Source: Phoronis australis
Lineage: Eukaryota > Animalia > Phoronida
Length of the DNA: 64,000 nucleotides
Assembly (NCBI GenBank): GCA_002633005.1
Contig: NMRA01000231.1
Location: forward strand, 144,473-208,472
Direction of reading: 5' to 3'
Shown: positions 51,500 through 63,484 of the stretch, piece after piece
How the letters are laid out: the number at the start of each line of letters is the position of its first letter
Numbering within the stretch: the first letter of the stretch is position 1
Notes under the pieces: model-generated
The model's input: the letters and a program-made list of their open reading frames with translations, nothing else
What the model was told of the DNA's origin: nothing
Databases searched by the model: none
Made by a program: the position numbers and the translations under genes

Positions 51500-52587
51500 T
51501 TCCTTGAATAAGCTAAATTATTTAACAGTGCTGGAAAAATGGCATTCTACCGTTATTCTGCTGCTAAAGTTGAGAAGCGATCTTAAGCGACGGATTTCGG
51601 CGCCGTGAAATATTGCGTCACTTATTGGCCAGTGTCTTTTTTCGCCGATTCTTCAATCAATTGTACTTCTTTCACGAGGTTGCATAGATGTCACAACAAA
51701 TTATCGAAACTGGTTTCATTTAGTTAGAAGTGTTTAGAATTCTGATACCGAAAAACTGAGTTTCAGAACGAATTTTGCAGCTGCGAAGTTGTCGCAAAAA
51801 TTTAGGAAATGGCGAGTACATGTGTCACGAGCATACAGTTTTCAAAACGACAACATACTTTTCATTGTTACAAAGGGTCGAGAATGACGACAGAAAATGA
51901 CGTTTGTTGCATTGTTATTCAATTAAACGGTTGTAACGGGCAAGGTGAGTGTCAGTTGCAATTGACTCCCAGATTTTGCATGCACCCGTCTGGTCTTTAG
52001 CTTTACATGTTAATACAGGTTTCACCGCGAGTTGACGAGCAAAACTACCCTGGCTGTGTGCAATTTCGGGGTCTTTGGAAGAAAAACACACAATGGTACC
52101 TAGCTGTGTTTTGACGGCAGTCTTCATACACTTTTTATAGCTGGCTGGCTATACTGAGGCTAGACAACACGTAGCCCCTCGGTAGGCCATTTAGGGGCTA
52201 CAATACGTCCATTAGCTTTCTGTACGCATTTCGTTACATGTATTTTAAATGGGCGGTAGGCCAAACCCGGCCACCGATTTAGAGTTTTCACCTAACCAAA
52301 AAATACATTCCACACATGAAATTATCACTTAAAAAGCGCTTACTTTCTTCATTGGTCCTTAATTTCTAGTTCTATACATATCTTCGATGAAGTTTAGTTG
52401 TGAGGATTAAGGTGACTTTGGCCAAGAATTCCAACTCCAACTTTTGGGTTGCCGTTAACTTTTTCACCACGGGCACAATAACCTTAAGTATAGGTCAACT
52501 GAGTCACGTGAGTTAGGCAAAGGCTAAAGCGAGACTGAGCGAAGTGCATGACACAGGCACATGACACTTGCAAAATAGCATGAAGAG

Positions 52588-53253
52588 CACAGGCATCCTC
52601 AGCTTCTGATCGTACCCAATACACTACATATAATACTACAAGGTGAGCTGACACTCCCGACCAGAAATTCCACGGGTGCTTCACTTCAGCCGTCCATATC
52701 AAACACAAAACTCAATAAATTTACACAAAACAGAGGTTCAACAAACCATGAAGAATTGTCCTTTCTCCCAATACCATTCACGGTGTCCAGTTCCGGCGAC
52801 TTCGTAAGAAATTCGCAGTCAAAGAACAAAAATGTTCACAAAAAACCCCCACACACTTCCATCGGGGGCCGCTCGAGGTCAAGGACGGTACGGAAATTGC
52901 CGGTGAGTTACGGAGTACCGACATCGTGACTTTACGCGACAAACCGACAATTTCCGTACCGTCCTTGACCTCGAGCGGCCCCCGATGGACGTGTGTGGGT
53001 TTTTGTGAACATTTTTGTTCTTTGACTGCGAATTTCTTACGAAGTTGCCAGAACAGGACACCGTGAATGGTATTGGGAGAAAGGAAAATTTTTCATGGTT
53101 TGTTGAACCTCTGTTTTGTGTAAATTTATTGAGTTTTGTGTTTGATATGGACGGCTGAAGTGAAGCACCCGTGGAATTTCTGGTCGGGAGTGTCATACCT
53201 TGTAGTATTATATGTAGTGTATTGGGGACGATCAGAAGCTGAGGACGCCTGTG
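52588..53253. repeat. 666-bp long inverted repeat (foldback): ~315-bp arms, 38-bp spacer
   Basis: 52588-52904 is the reverse complement of 52943-53253, with about 10 substitutions and a few small indels by eye. Confidence 0.97.
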
Positions 53254-54137
53254 ATGAGGAGAAGGTATCAGTTGAAATTTGTGTCTCTTAGAATTTTTAT
53301 TCGTCAACATGCGTGATTTCACGAAACTTCCTCAAAATGGCACCCGGTAAGAGAAACTCGAGCAAACATCAATTTGTTTAAGTTTTGCTGACTAAATTGT
53401 ACCCAGAGTCATGGTATGTGTTAATTACAACTCCATGTTCCTATATGTATGGCTCATTTGATTTTTTGCTGTATTTTGAAATGAGTAACATTTTGTGAGG
53501 ATGGCATCCAGGGCGATGTAATTGTCTATACTGGGACCAGTTGACCAGGTGGTAAGTACTGTATAATTTCATACATGAAGCAGCAAGCATCTCATCCCTG
53601 ATTTTTCAAAATTAGGGACGTACCAATATGATTTTTTCCTTTTGAATATATGGCTTGTTTTATCATTTCATACTTGATATCTTGTAGCCGGCAATTGAGA
53701 ATTGTGTTTCAAAGACAACTTTCATAAACCTAGAACGACCCGTATTAGTGCATGCTGTCAAAAAATAAGCCACGCTAGTTCAGCAACAAGACATTTAAAT
53801 AGAATCTTACACAGGTGGATACACACCGCTGTTAGTTTAATTTTGAAGCAAAATATTTTGCAAGTGCTTTCCGACACTGACGACATATCACACCAGCCAC
53901 GCCAACTGACTAAAATAATTGTCAACCTCGTCCCAGCTAGAGAGAGAAAGTTGAAATTCTTGAGACACTAAAATCTGACAAAATAAATATCTCCCATTTT
54001 CGACTAAGATGTGCAATGAATGCATGGATCGTTGATGGAATCCCTACAATCAAGTCACGCAACGATAAGTAAACAAACAACACGGAATATATTATGATAA
54101 AGCAAGAATATGAATATTTAAAAATCGTCATTATTAC

Positions 54138-54174
54138 CTGGCTTTTCATTCGGGGACGACACTCCATCCGCCAT
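54138..54174 (-). CDS. POU2F1: POU2 first coding exon (MADGVSSPNEKP)
   Basis: attattcaaaATGGCGGATGG ... ccag|gtaata. The MADG start and ttcaaaATGGCGG context resemble the ubiquitous first exon of vertebrate POU2F1. The phase-1 donor fits the 39960 exon. Confidence 0.78.
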
Positions 54175-57100
54175 TTTGAATAATAATGACCTTGTAATTA
54201 TTTTCCGTCACTCACGGAAAATAATATCCTTGAAATATGCAATTTTAAATCTTCAGTAAAGCTTCTCAACCAATTGCTTTCTTGGACCTATGAAGCGCAG
54301 AGTTATCAAACGTCAAATTATCTACTAATAAGCGCGGTTTTAACGAATATAGTTGTCAATTTGCAACGATTGCTACAACACGAAGATTTCCGACTGTTAG
54401 CGTGGAAGAGAGTTCAGTCGGAAGGTGTCGCTTCTAAACAAATGAATATCATCAGGCGGAGGTGCATCACAGAATTCTATGGCTAATGACTGGTGAGGCC
54501 GTCAATCGAATTCAAACAGAGACCTAAAACAATCCAATACTCTGTTGCAACGGTCAAGACGTTTAAAAACAAAATTTCAGTTTTCAAACATGTGTAACGT
54601 GTTTGTATTTCTCGTTAGTATCAAAAATGTCAGGAACAAATGCAGCCCCCAGCATGCCGTTGCTTATAAGTTGCAGGGGTTCGGCCGCTAAGGTCCCAAA
54701 AACAGTCAGAAGTTTAAAACGAATCCATTGTTTAACTTGTTTTCAGTCGATAGCAGTTGCCGTTGGTTTAACTCAACAAACAACAAACCTGGAGCTGTCA
54801 CTTGGTAAATCATGTCATGAAATCTTGCCCAAAGATCATTTGCTGTTTTAGGCCTACAGAAAAATGGGTCAACACTGGTCCTATCCAAAGCTAGGGCTAT
54901 AATCGCCGATGACGTGTGGAATTAAAGGGAAACAATTGAGAAAGCTTAAAATTTGTAATAGCAAGTGAGATGCAGTTTTATTCAGAATTTCCCGTTCGCC
55001 GTGAAGTTAACAGTCAGACTATTGCATAAGTACGATATTAATGATACCTGAAAAGTTTCAATGGCTTGAGGAAATGTGAATTGTAACTGTTTAAACTATA
55101 AGAAACGCAATATTAAGAAATTTATTCTAATTGACAGTGCTGTGACATTCAATTTTTTTTATAGCTTTGATATGGGCCCATGTCATTTCCATGGGCAAAG
55201 ACTAAAAAATAAACAACACATATAATTACCAAACTAAGAGAATAAAAAACAAAATACCCTTCTCGAGAAATTATTTTATTTTACAGCTTGTTTCATGAAC
55301 AATTTGTTTACAATTAAATGCCAAAAATAACGTCGTTCAGGAATCAAATAGGTCATGCGTTTAAGTCGGAAAACAGTCCGAAAATGCCAAATATCGTGGG
55401 GAAGCTGGTCGTAAGAACGTCGTCGCCCTTCTGAGCAACACGTGCTGAAATCTTTAGTACGGGAGTACCCCCGGACGATGATTTCGTGGAACCGTCGCTA
55501 TCAAGTAACTCATACAAACCGCACCGGTATAGTTTGTCGACTCAGTAGCAACCTAAGAAATTTTGAAATGTGCTCCACAACTTTTGAGGGCTGATGCTGG
55601 TCATACAGTGATAGCTTGTTTTTAAGAGCCTCTGAAATTTAGAATTATGTAAAAGGGCATTTCGTCGCTGTTTAGTTATTAACTGTTCAGTAAAGTCAGA
55701 TCAATCGTTTTGAGATTGGAGAACACTTAATCATCCAATACTGAACCAGTGTCGTAAAAAAGAATTTGCAAGCATCAGGTTAAACCATAGCAACCGACAT
55801 AGGCTTGGGGCCGTCGACTGTCGAGAAAATAAAGACTACGAATACGGATAGGAGAGAAAATTCAAGAGAACATTTGACAACTCAGTATCAGTGCATGGTT
55901 TACCCTTTGAAGGTGCTGGCCAGGACATAGTGTCTTCGTTTTGCTACATACATGTAGGTCGTCTAAACGCACTTGAAAACGTGCACTTCTTTATCATTCA
56001 TACATGTAATTCGAAAAATCGAAAAAATTCTTAAAGCGAAAATTTTGCGGAGCATATTAAATCACTGGATTTTTAATTTCAATAAGACAGTTTTGCAAAT
56101 GCATAAATGGAAAATTATATTTTCCAAATGCCCTTCGGATGCAATGGATAAAACAAACAACTGTCGCTCTATTTTTTCGTGTTTTTCTTTCTCTAAATTG
56201 TGTATCACTTGCGAAAATTGATGGCCTGACAGATAACATCAATTGCTGCACATTTCTTGATTTTTGAAAGTATAGATCTTTTCATATTTAGGGACCCAGC
56301 TCTTGAAGAGGACCAATGATGACATTCAATTGACCACCCTTTTTGTGTCAGATTTGCAAATTCCTAAGGGGCCGTTTACGAAGAGAGGGCCCAAATTTGG
56401 AATCAATTATCTCTATTTTCCTGTTTTTGTGAAATCGTACAACCGGCTTTCATGCTGAAGAAAGTCACTTCTTGCAAGGTCACCCTACAATGAAATTAAC
56501 TGTCACTCTTTTCCAAGCTTAATGTTGCGTAGCCTTTCATTTTAGGTGTCCCATTTCAGACGGAACACCCTCTCAGTGGAGCGGTTCGGGTATCCCTCTG
56601 TACACGTAAATCCGACACTGCCAAGTATTCACGGAGGGAATTTGGGATTCCAAAATCATCAAAAACCCAAACCTGTGGAAAATACATTGGAATGACCACC
56701 ATCAAAAAGTTGGAATTTTGAAGAACGTGAAGATAACTATTTATGAATTACACGAAAGGTTACTTCCGATGGTTAGTTACAAAAATGTTACATTTTTCCA
56801 ATTCAGGCTCGTAGGAAGGTAAAAATAAGTGGGGGGCACAAACCAATTCGACTTCGTCCACCCACCTCCTTCCTATCGCCACCNCCCCCCCCCCCGCGTC
56901 TGCCATAGTTGGGTTGGGGGTAATACCTGAGATGCAGCCATCAGAATTTGAGTAGCCGTGAATCAACGAGTAAGAATGGGTCTAGGGCCAGCGCACTGAC
57001 GGGTAGCTGGGATCCAATAGTGGATTCGATGAACTAGAGCTACTGAGTCGCTGGTTAGCACAGCTATGATTCACTTGAGACAGGCAGCTTAGCTCGTACC

Positions 57101-57680
57101 TATCCATCTGCGCTAGATCTAAGGTCAAGATTTGTTTTATTATGATCAAGTTTCGGGAAAAGTTCATTTTATCATGGCCATTCTTTGGAGGAATTTTTTG
57201 GAAAGGTGAGGTGCCTTTGTGGCCGTTTCAAAATCCTTTGATGAAACATAATCGGTAGTCCACTTTTTTGTGGCTGGGGGAAATGATACAGTGCGTCCCA
57301 AAAAGGTACACACTTCAAGGCCTGGAGTTCAAATTCAGCTCCCGTTCAGTGAGATTCTGCGCATGCTTACTGTTATACCTTAATTTTATCGTGGATGCGT
57401 CAGTCATGACGTGCTCCGTGTGTGTAGTGTGCACAGGAATGGAATGCAAATGATTCAATTTTAAAGAAAATTCATTCAGCAACACTTTGGAAACTAACAA
57501 CAGTGCACAGAGAACCTTTCCCAGTTGATGAGCAATAAGTTTAATTTTATTTATTTAAATACTTAAACTTCTTCTATCTACGGTTAGTGAAATTAAGCCC
57601 ACTAATCTAGTTCCATAGTCAATAAACAAGTTATTATCGTTTGAATAGTGAGAAAATTTTTGGACAATTTGTAAACTTAT

Positions 57681-58638
57681 TGTTATGAAACCCCCACGAC
57701 CCCTTCGACCCACGACCCCTTCGACCCAGTCTACACAAGCTCGACTCGATGCCGGTGAACATAGAACAAGCGATCACTTGCAGGACCAATAAGTTGGGCA
57801 GTGAGCTTGGCTGGCCCTGTTTGTTGCAATTAAGGCAGTCGATTCTTCAAGTTTGAAATCCAAAAACAGAATAAAAGAACACTACCAAATCAAATCAAAA
57901 ACCAGCAACCTTACAAAGTGTGTAATCATCGGCAGAGTGTAATCGTCTCGTCTGCTTTTCAATGAAGTGCAGATTTGTGTAATTTCACGAGTAAATACAT
58001 TTTGAAAAAAAAAACTGTTAATACATTTTGAAAAAAAACTGTTAACTGAAAAGTATTTCAACGTTATATGGAGTATATTGTACACGAGAATACAATATAA
58101 GCCATTGGATTAGACGAGAAATTTGAGATTGGACGGTGTGAGAAACCTTCATTAGGTAGAAAGTAGTTTTGATACCACGGGTACTGTCTATACGTAAACT
58201 CATACATGTATGTCTAGGAATGGTAACTTGCCACTATTTTCGTTCTCCATGGTGAATTGGATACATAGATTAGTGGCGTTGATGTAAGCAGGGGAAGGCG
58301 TCGTTGTTGTTACCAGGTAGAACAACAAAGGTGTCATCGACAAACGAACTGAAGCCGGGTGGAAGGTGGACTCTGAGTGCTAGTCAAAGCTATATGTTCA
58401 AACTCATCGGTATATGTATCCGCGATAACACCGGACACTGGAGAACCGCCATCGCTGTTACGTCTTTAATAAAACTATAACACGGATTAAAAGAAGACTG
58501 CCATCCCGAAACACATGGATAGGAACTACTTTATTGGAACTACTTGTAAACCACTACGCCAGTACACCACATGGAACTACTAAATACATCTACCATCATT
58601 ATAACTAATTATCCCCATATTTGATTTGCTCCGTAACA
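57681..58638 (+). mobile_element. Solo LTR (Gypsy-like), 958 bp
   Basis: TGTTATG...CGTAACA termini (6/7 inverted match), flanks ttat/ttgt (4-bp TSD with 1 mismatch), AATAAA at 58468, no internal coding domain. Confidence 0.6.
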
Positions 58639-58739
58639 TTGTTGATAACATTTGTCGTTGCACTCGCAATAGGAGGTGTTAAGGCAAAATTTTAACAGTT
58701 CTAACATCTGCTCAGTAACTGAGTTCTACACATTTTCAA

Positions 58740-59660
58740 TATGACATCAAACAATGAGCAATTTATTATTACTACATTCTCTAATACTGTATGCATCTTT
58801 CCATTTATATCGCATTTTTAAGTTCATATTTTAAGTAGTCCTCCATACCCAATCAAATGCTTTCTCGTAATCCACGAATTAAACATTAAAACCTTACACT
58901 TGATTGATGCAAATAATTATCTATTAAAGTATTTAAAATGATAACATTATCAAACGTGACATATTTCTTTTTGAAACCTGCCTGGGCTTCATAACGTCAT
59001 TTGACTCTGACCAACTATAAAAACGATTACAAAGAACTTTTGAAAAAATTTCCCTGCAACATCTAAAAGGAATATCCGCATATACTTATTCGGATCATAC
59101 CAATTCCTCGACTTAAATAAATGGATCATAACTCTCACTGTCTATTGTGAGGGATAGACTCCTATATGAAATGCACTGTTAAATAGATGCACCAACAAAA
59201 GTGTCATTTATAATATCCCAAGGCAACTCCATCCACGCCAACGGCTTTCCCAAGTTCCATTTGGTTAACAGCACCAACTATTTCCGTTTGTGTAATTCTG
59301 TCATTTAAATCTGAGTCTTTGCTACCATCAACAGTCATAGGATTATGTTTGTAAACAAAATCCTCAGCAAAAATATGAAATTGCTGACAGCTATGTTCAA
59401 CCTCAATTTCTCTAGTCAATTGCGTCACACCATTCTTTACATTTTATTTTCGCGGACATGCTGTTTTTATTTACTTTCCACAAATTCCAAAACACTTTAA
59501 CATTTGCCTGACTAGATGCGTCTATTACATGTCTTGATATTTCATTTTGAAACTATTTATTTTTATTCTTTAAAAGCAACTCGAAATGATTAACGCTTGT
59601 CTCTAGATTCAAGCGAATTTGCCTTACTTCTAACTCCTCTGTATATCCTCAAACGTCTAT
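58740..59660 (-). pseudogene. Decayed LINE reverse-transcriptase fragment (RTE/CR1/L2-like)
   Basis: LNDRITQTEIVGAVNQMELGKAVGVDG, then frameshifted DPNKY..I.LLDVAGKFF, QAGF, DNVIIL and AFDWV motifs, with many stops. Confidence 0.75.
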
Positions 59661-59776
59661 GTACAGATTCCCCCCTTTAGTGCTGCAACAGTAGTCAGTA
59701 ATTTGACAAAGGGTCAATTTGGCACTATCACAACGGCAGTGCTATAAATCAAAAGTTAGTTTTTGAGACTGATGAG

Positions 59777-61500
59777 TTTTTTCCTTTATTTTTTATTCAA
59801 TATAATAGGTACGGTGCAGATCATACAGTTACACATGCAATAACTTTTTTGTTCTAGTCAAGGAACAGTTAAGGTGTTAACTTACAGTGCTGGTATGTAC
59901 AAAGGTAATTTGACATTGGAAAAAAAAGACAGTAGAGGCTATGATTCATTCAGAATAAGCAAACAAGGTCAAGACCTTGCCAGCGCTCTATAAATTCACC
60001 ATACTTCATACATATATATATACCATAAATTCACCATACTTCATACATATATATATACCATATATATATACCGTTCAGTGGAAATGTACAATGCAACTTC
60101 CTTTTTCAACTTTGCAAGGCAGGGATATTTGCCCTTTAATCTTTATTTATAAATGTGGTACTTGCCGAGGCAAAGAACCATACTTTGTAAAACTGCTTCC
60201 ACCTGAACACCAAACAGAACTGATTGTATAGACAGTTCTAAACCATGTCCAACAGAATCTTCGAGCCAGATATTTACATTAGTCCAAAACTGCTGAGTAA
60301 CGTTACAAGACCACTACACATGGACAATAGATTCAATTTCATTTAAGCAAAAAGTGCACAGTGAGCTATCAATTACGCCAACCTTGTATAAAAATTCATT
60401 ACAACCTATAATTCTATGAAACAGCCTAAACTGGAACCATCTCATAGAAACATCTTCGGTGAATGAATAGATGTAAGAAAAAACATTGTACCACCATTTT
60501 GCAGTATCCGGGAGACTTAATTTTTTACTCCACCTCATTTGACACTTTGTTTTTTCACAATTCTGAGAGACAATAACGTGCTAAATTTTATCTACTCCTT
60601 TGACATCTCCCAAAATAACTTCAATGTAACGTGGACGACGTGGTAAACTTACTTGATGCTTTCCCTCTCTGAGATGACTCCAGCTAGCATATAATGAGCT
60701 TCGTAGAAAGTAAAATAAAGTTACTTGAGGGGTAAAATCAAATTTCTATATAAACTCGTCATAATTAAGGAAGCAACCATCAGAATTAAGTAAGTCGTGT
60801 ACATGATACCACCGTTTATAGAAAACAGGTTTGTTATCTATCAGTATATTCGAATTAAACCATAGAGGCTGATAAATATCATCGTTTTCGGGAACTAACA
60901 ATCTGAATTCATGGACACATTGAAAACCCTTTTTCCAAAATACATTAGAAGTCATCTGGGACATCTTTGTAAAATAGAAATCCCCGAACATTACGTAATT
61001 CTTTGAAACTCTTGATAACAGACCATTGATTCGCTAAAACTGCCCATGGGTTTGTAGTATTTTGACAAAGTAGTCTACGAAACCAAGTTAGTTTAATGGA
61101 TTTAATAAGATACTTCGCTAGGTCGTTCCAGAAAAATTTATAAAATTCCGTGGTGTAACCGTCCGGACCTGGACTTTTATTATTTTTCATGAGCTTCAAT
61201 GAATTAAGCACCTCCCCTTCTGAGATTTCTGATTCGAGTGAGTTGCTTTCAGTTTCACTTAGGAATTTTCGTGCTCGGTATGACGTCATTCAAATTAACT
61301 TCGTCTAATAATCCGTCTTTACACGAATACAGTTCTTCATAAAATCAACTTATTTCTTATAATGAGTTAGTAGCCGCTTTAAAAACTATGATGATTCATA
61401 CGCAAATAATTTCAAAATCAAAAAGTACAGTGTCGAGGAAAGAAGTCTCTGATGGCGAAACTGATCGCAATTTGAACAATCTATTTTTCAAACAGTATCG
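59777..61500 (-). pseudogene. Decayed, internally deleted L1/Tx1-clade LINE (ORF2 remnants + 3' end)
   Basis: LESEISEGEVLNSLKLMKNNKSPGPDGYTTEFYKFFWNDL; QPLWFNSNI; WFQFRLFHRII...LCTFCLNEIESIVH (zf-RVT-like); A-rich tail at ~59777-59800 on the - strand. Confidence 0.85.
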
Positions 61501-61556
61501 AAATTGATATTGTTTCCAGAGATGCCATATGTATATGGAAAGAAACTTCAGCTCCT

Positions 61557-62546
61557 TTAGGTAGCCACCCCGCTAGGCAAAACCACGGACAGGGGCTGCA
61601 CCTGTCCTAATTCCTGCGTAACATTTGATGGAACAATGCTGTTGCCATACTGTGACAACCAGTTAGTGATTCTTCTTGAAAAATCGCTTAATATCTTCTT
61701 ACAAGGGTCCCATAGGATACACGCGGGAAGACCCCAGCTGATTACTTCATTCACAATATTGAGAAGACTTTCAATAGCAAGTCCTCCATGTTTTGATAGT
61801 ATGGCGTAAGTACAGGCTGTTATGACCATGACGATTAACATCGGTAACATTCTTTTGGAGAGAACAATATTTCTCCTCCGAGTTCGCTCAGCTGTCCCCG
61901 TATTGAACGGTTGGATGGTAAATTTCAACTTGTAAATCCTTGCAGAGTACCAGAAACACGTAATATATTGAGGCGCTACGCCCAGAAGGCCAGATACAAC
62001 TTGTAGAGGAATAAGATCATTGGAAGGCCTACATGTACATGTTGAGGTATCGTCATAGAAGAAAAGAAAGCGGGTGTTATCTTGGAAGACGAATATCAGA
62101 CGACGAATGGCAGTAAATAAAAGTCCGTGACATACAGGATAACAGGTCCATTTAATCACGTACCGCAGTTTACTTTGGTTTGTGTTGAAAAGAAATGGGC
62201 GGTCCGAAGCCGTAAAGAACTGAAAACTCAGAGCAGCAAATGTTGCCAAGGATGCGATGTATGAAAATAGTCGAAGATCACATGCAATCTGCAATGCCAC
62301 ATCTACGGTGAAGCTATCCGCGGTGTTGTTCTGACTTACTCGGAACGATTCTACGACTGTAGTACTGGCGACAACCGCGTAGCGCAAGAACGCGAAACAG
62401 CTCCACTGAAACAACAGTGCTTGAACGACTTGCCTTTTCTTTTTCAGACTGCGTAGCAACCAATAACAAAGGCCAACGTATAACAATAGGCCGCCGGAAA
62501 AGAATACAACTCTGGCAATGATAAAACTGTTAGCAGTCACGTCCAT
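61557..62546 (-). CDS. Intronless divergent 7-transmembrane (rhodopsin-class GPCR / chemoreceptor-like) protein, 329 aa
   Basis: Uninterrupted 990-nt ORF with about 7 hydrophobic segments. TM3-like C...ASLATFAALS....A...PF, ECL2 Cys, TM5 end YSARIY, basic ICL3, TM7 Pro. The canonical DRY and NPxxY motifs are absent. Confidence 0.7.
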   Translation of the reverse strand: MDVTANSFIIARVVFFSGGLLLYVGLCYWLLRSLKKKRQVVQALLFQWSCFAFLRYAVVASTTVVESFRVSQNNTADSFTVDVALQIACDLRLFSYIASLATFAALSFQFFTASDRPFLFNTNQSKLRYVIKWTCYPVCHGLLFTAIRRLIFVFQDNTRFLFFYDDTSTCTCRPSNDLIPLQVVSGLLGVAPQYITCFWYSARIYKLKFTIQPFNTGTAERTRRRNIVLSKRMLPMLIVMVITACTYAILSKHGGLAIESLLNIVNEVISWGLPACILWDPCKKILSDFSRRITNWLSQYGNSIVPSNVTQELGQVQPLSVVLPSGVAT

Positions 62547-63484
62547 GGTAGATCGAAAAGTTCAAACTCTCCTAATCATTCACTGTACACCCGACACCTT
62601 TGCAATCATAGAAGGGTTGATCGCCTCACGTCCATCTCATCTCAACGATCGGTTCAATATAGCTCACAACCAGCACGGGGGCGCTCAGGGTGTCCCCAGT
62701 ACGTACAGAAATGGACGTCTGCCGGTGTCTGTAATCTGAGGACACCCCAAAAACAAAAAAATGAACTTGACTAGATATTCGAGGTACCGGACGAAACTTA
62801 TTCCAAGTGAACAAAAATGCAGTCTTCTTATACGGTCCAGTGCATCGTAATTGCCCGACCGTGGCAAAGAGAACGTTGAAGCCAGTTTATTAGAGTTATC
62901 ATGTTCTCCTTTGCATTGTTTATGTACTGTATTAAAGCAGCTTTGAAGTATCTTACAAAGAAGGCTCAACCCCCTTATCAAAACTGGTGGCATTTTGGGA
63001 GTGGTTTGCCTAAGGATTGGATGATATGATGGTACGGAAAAGCTTGAATGGCAGATTTTTTATAGGCAGATCGTACATTCGATTCCTTATCTGAATACTG
63101 AAAGCTTTACATGTGAACTCTAATGTCTAACAATCTGATTTGTTTTCTTATCGTCAGATGTACTTTCTCCGTTGCAAGAACCAATCCCAGTGCGACATAT
63201 GCAACATATCTTTGTTTCGTTTTATTTCACACAACCACTAATTAATTACTACACATTTTATACTCCCATGCCATGTGCCCCCCTCACAGCCGACCACCAC
63301 AATACCTTGCTAACCTCAACAACTGATCGCCTGCAGGGACAGACAAAAATTAAGTAGTCTGCTCAAGGAACGTCACCAATTAGAAGCATCGCTGACGTTA
63401 GGCATCTGTGTCGCATTACTAACCAAAACAATCGTTTCAGATAAAGCACCCTTCGAACACAACACCTTGAAAAGTGGCGTAGAT

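Larger units (their letters stand above)
29085..54174 (-). other. POU2F1: Class II POU gene span, CDS complement(join 54138..54174, 39890..39960, 34473..34616, 32645..32902, 32167..32307, 31451..31532, 29085..30031), 1680 nt, 559 aa
   Basis: All junctions are GT-AG with consistent phases (1,0,0,0,0,1) and an open frame throughout. This is probably the single invertebrate POU2 (Oct-1/2/11, nubbin/pdm) orthologue. Additional alternative exons cannot be excluded. Confidence 0.85.

Noticed and set aside
52879-53322. 147-aa ORF over the hairpin arm
   Set aside because: No recognisable domain, and the mirror arm carries indels; likely a chance ORF.
56760-56966. MADAGGG ORF resembling a POU2F1 N-terminus
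   Set aside because: It runs into a poly-G tract with an N and has no suitable donor; the exon at 54174 fits much better.
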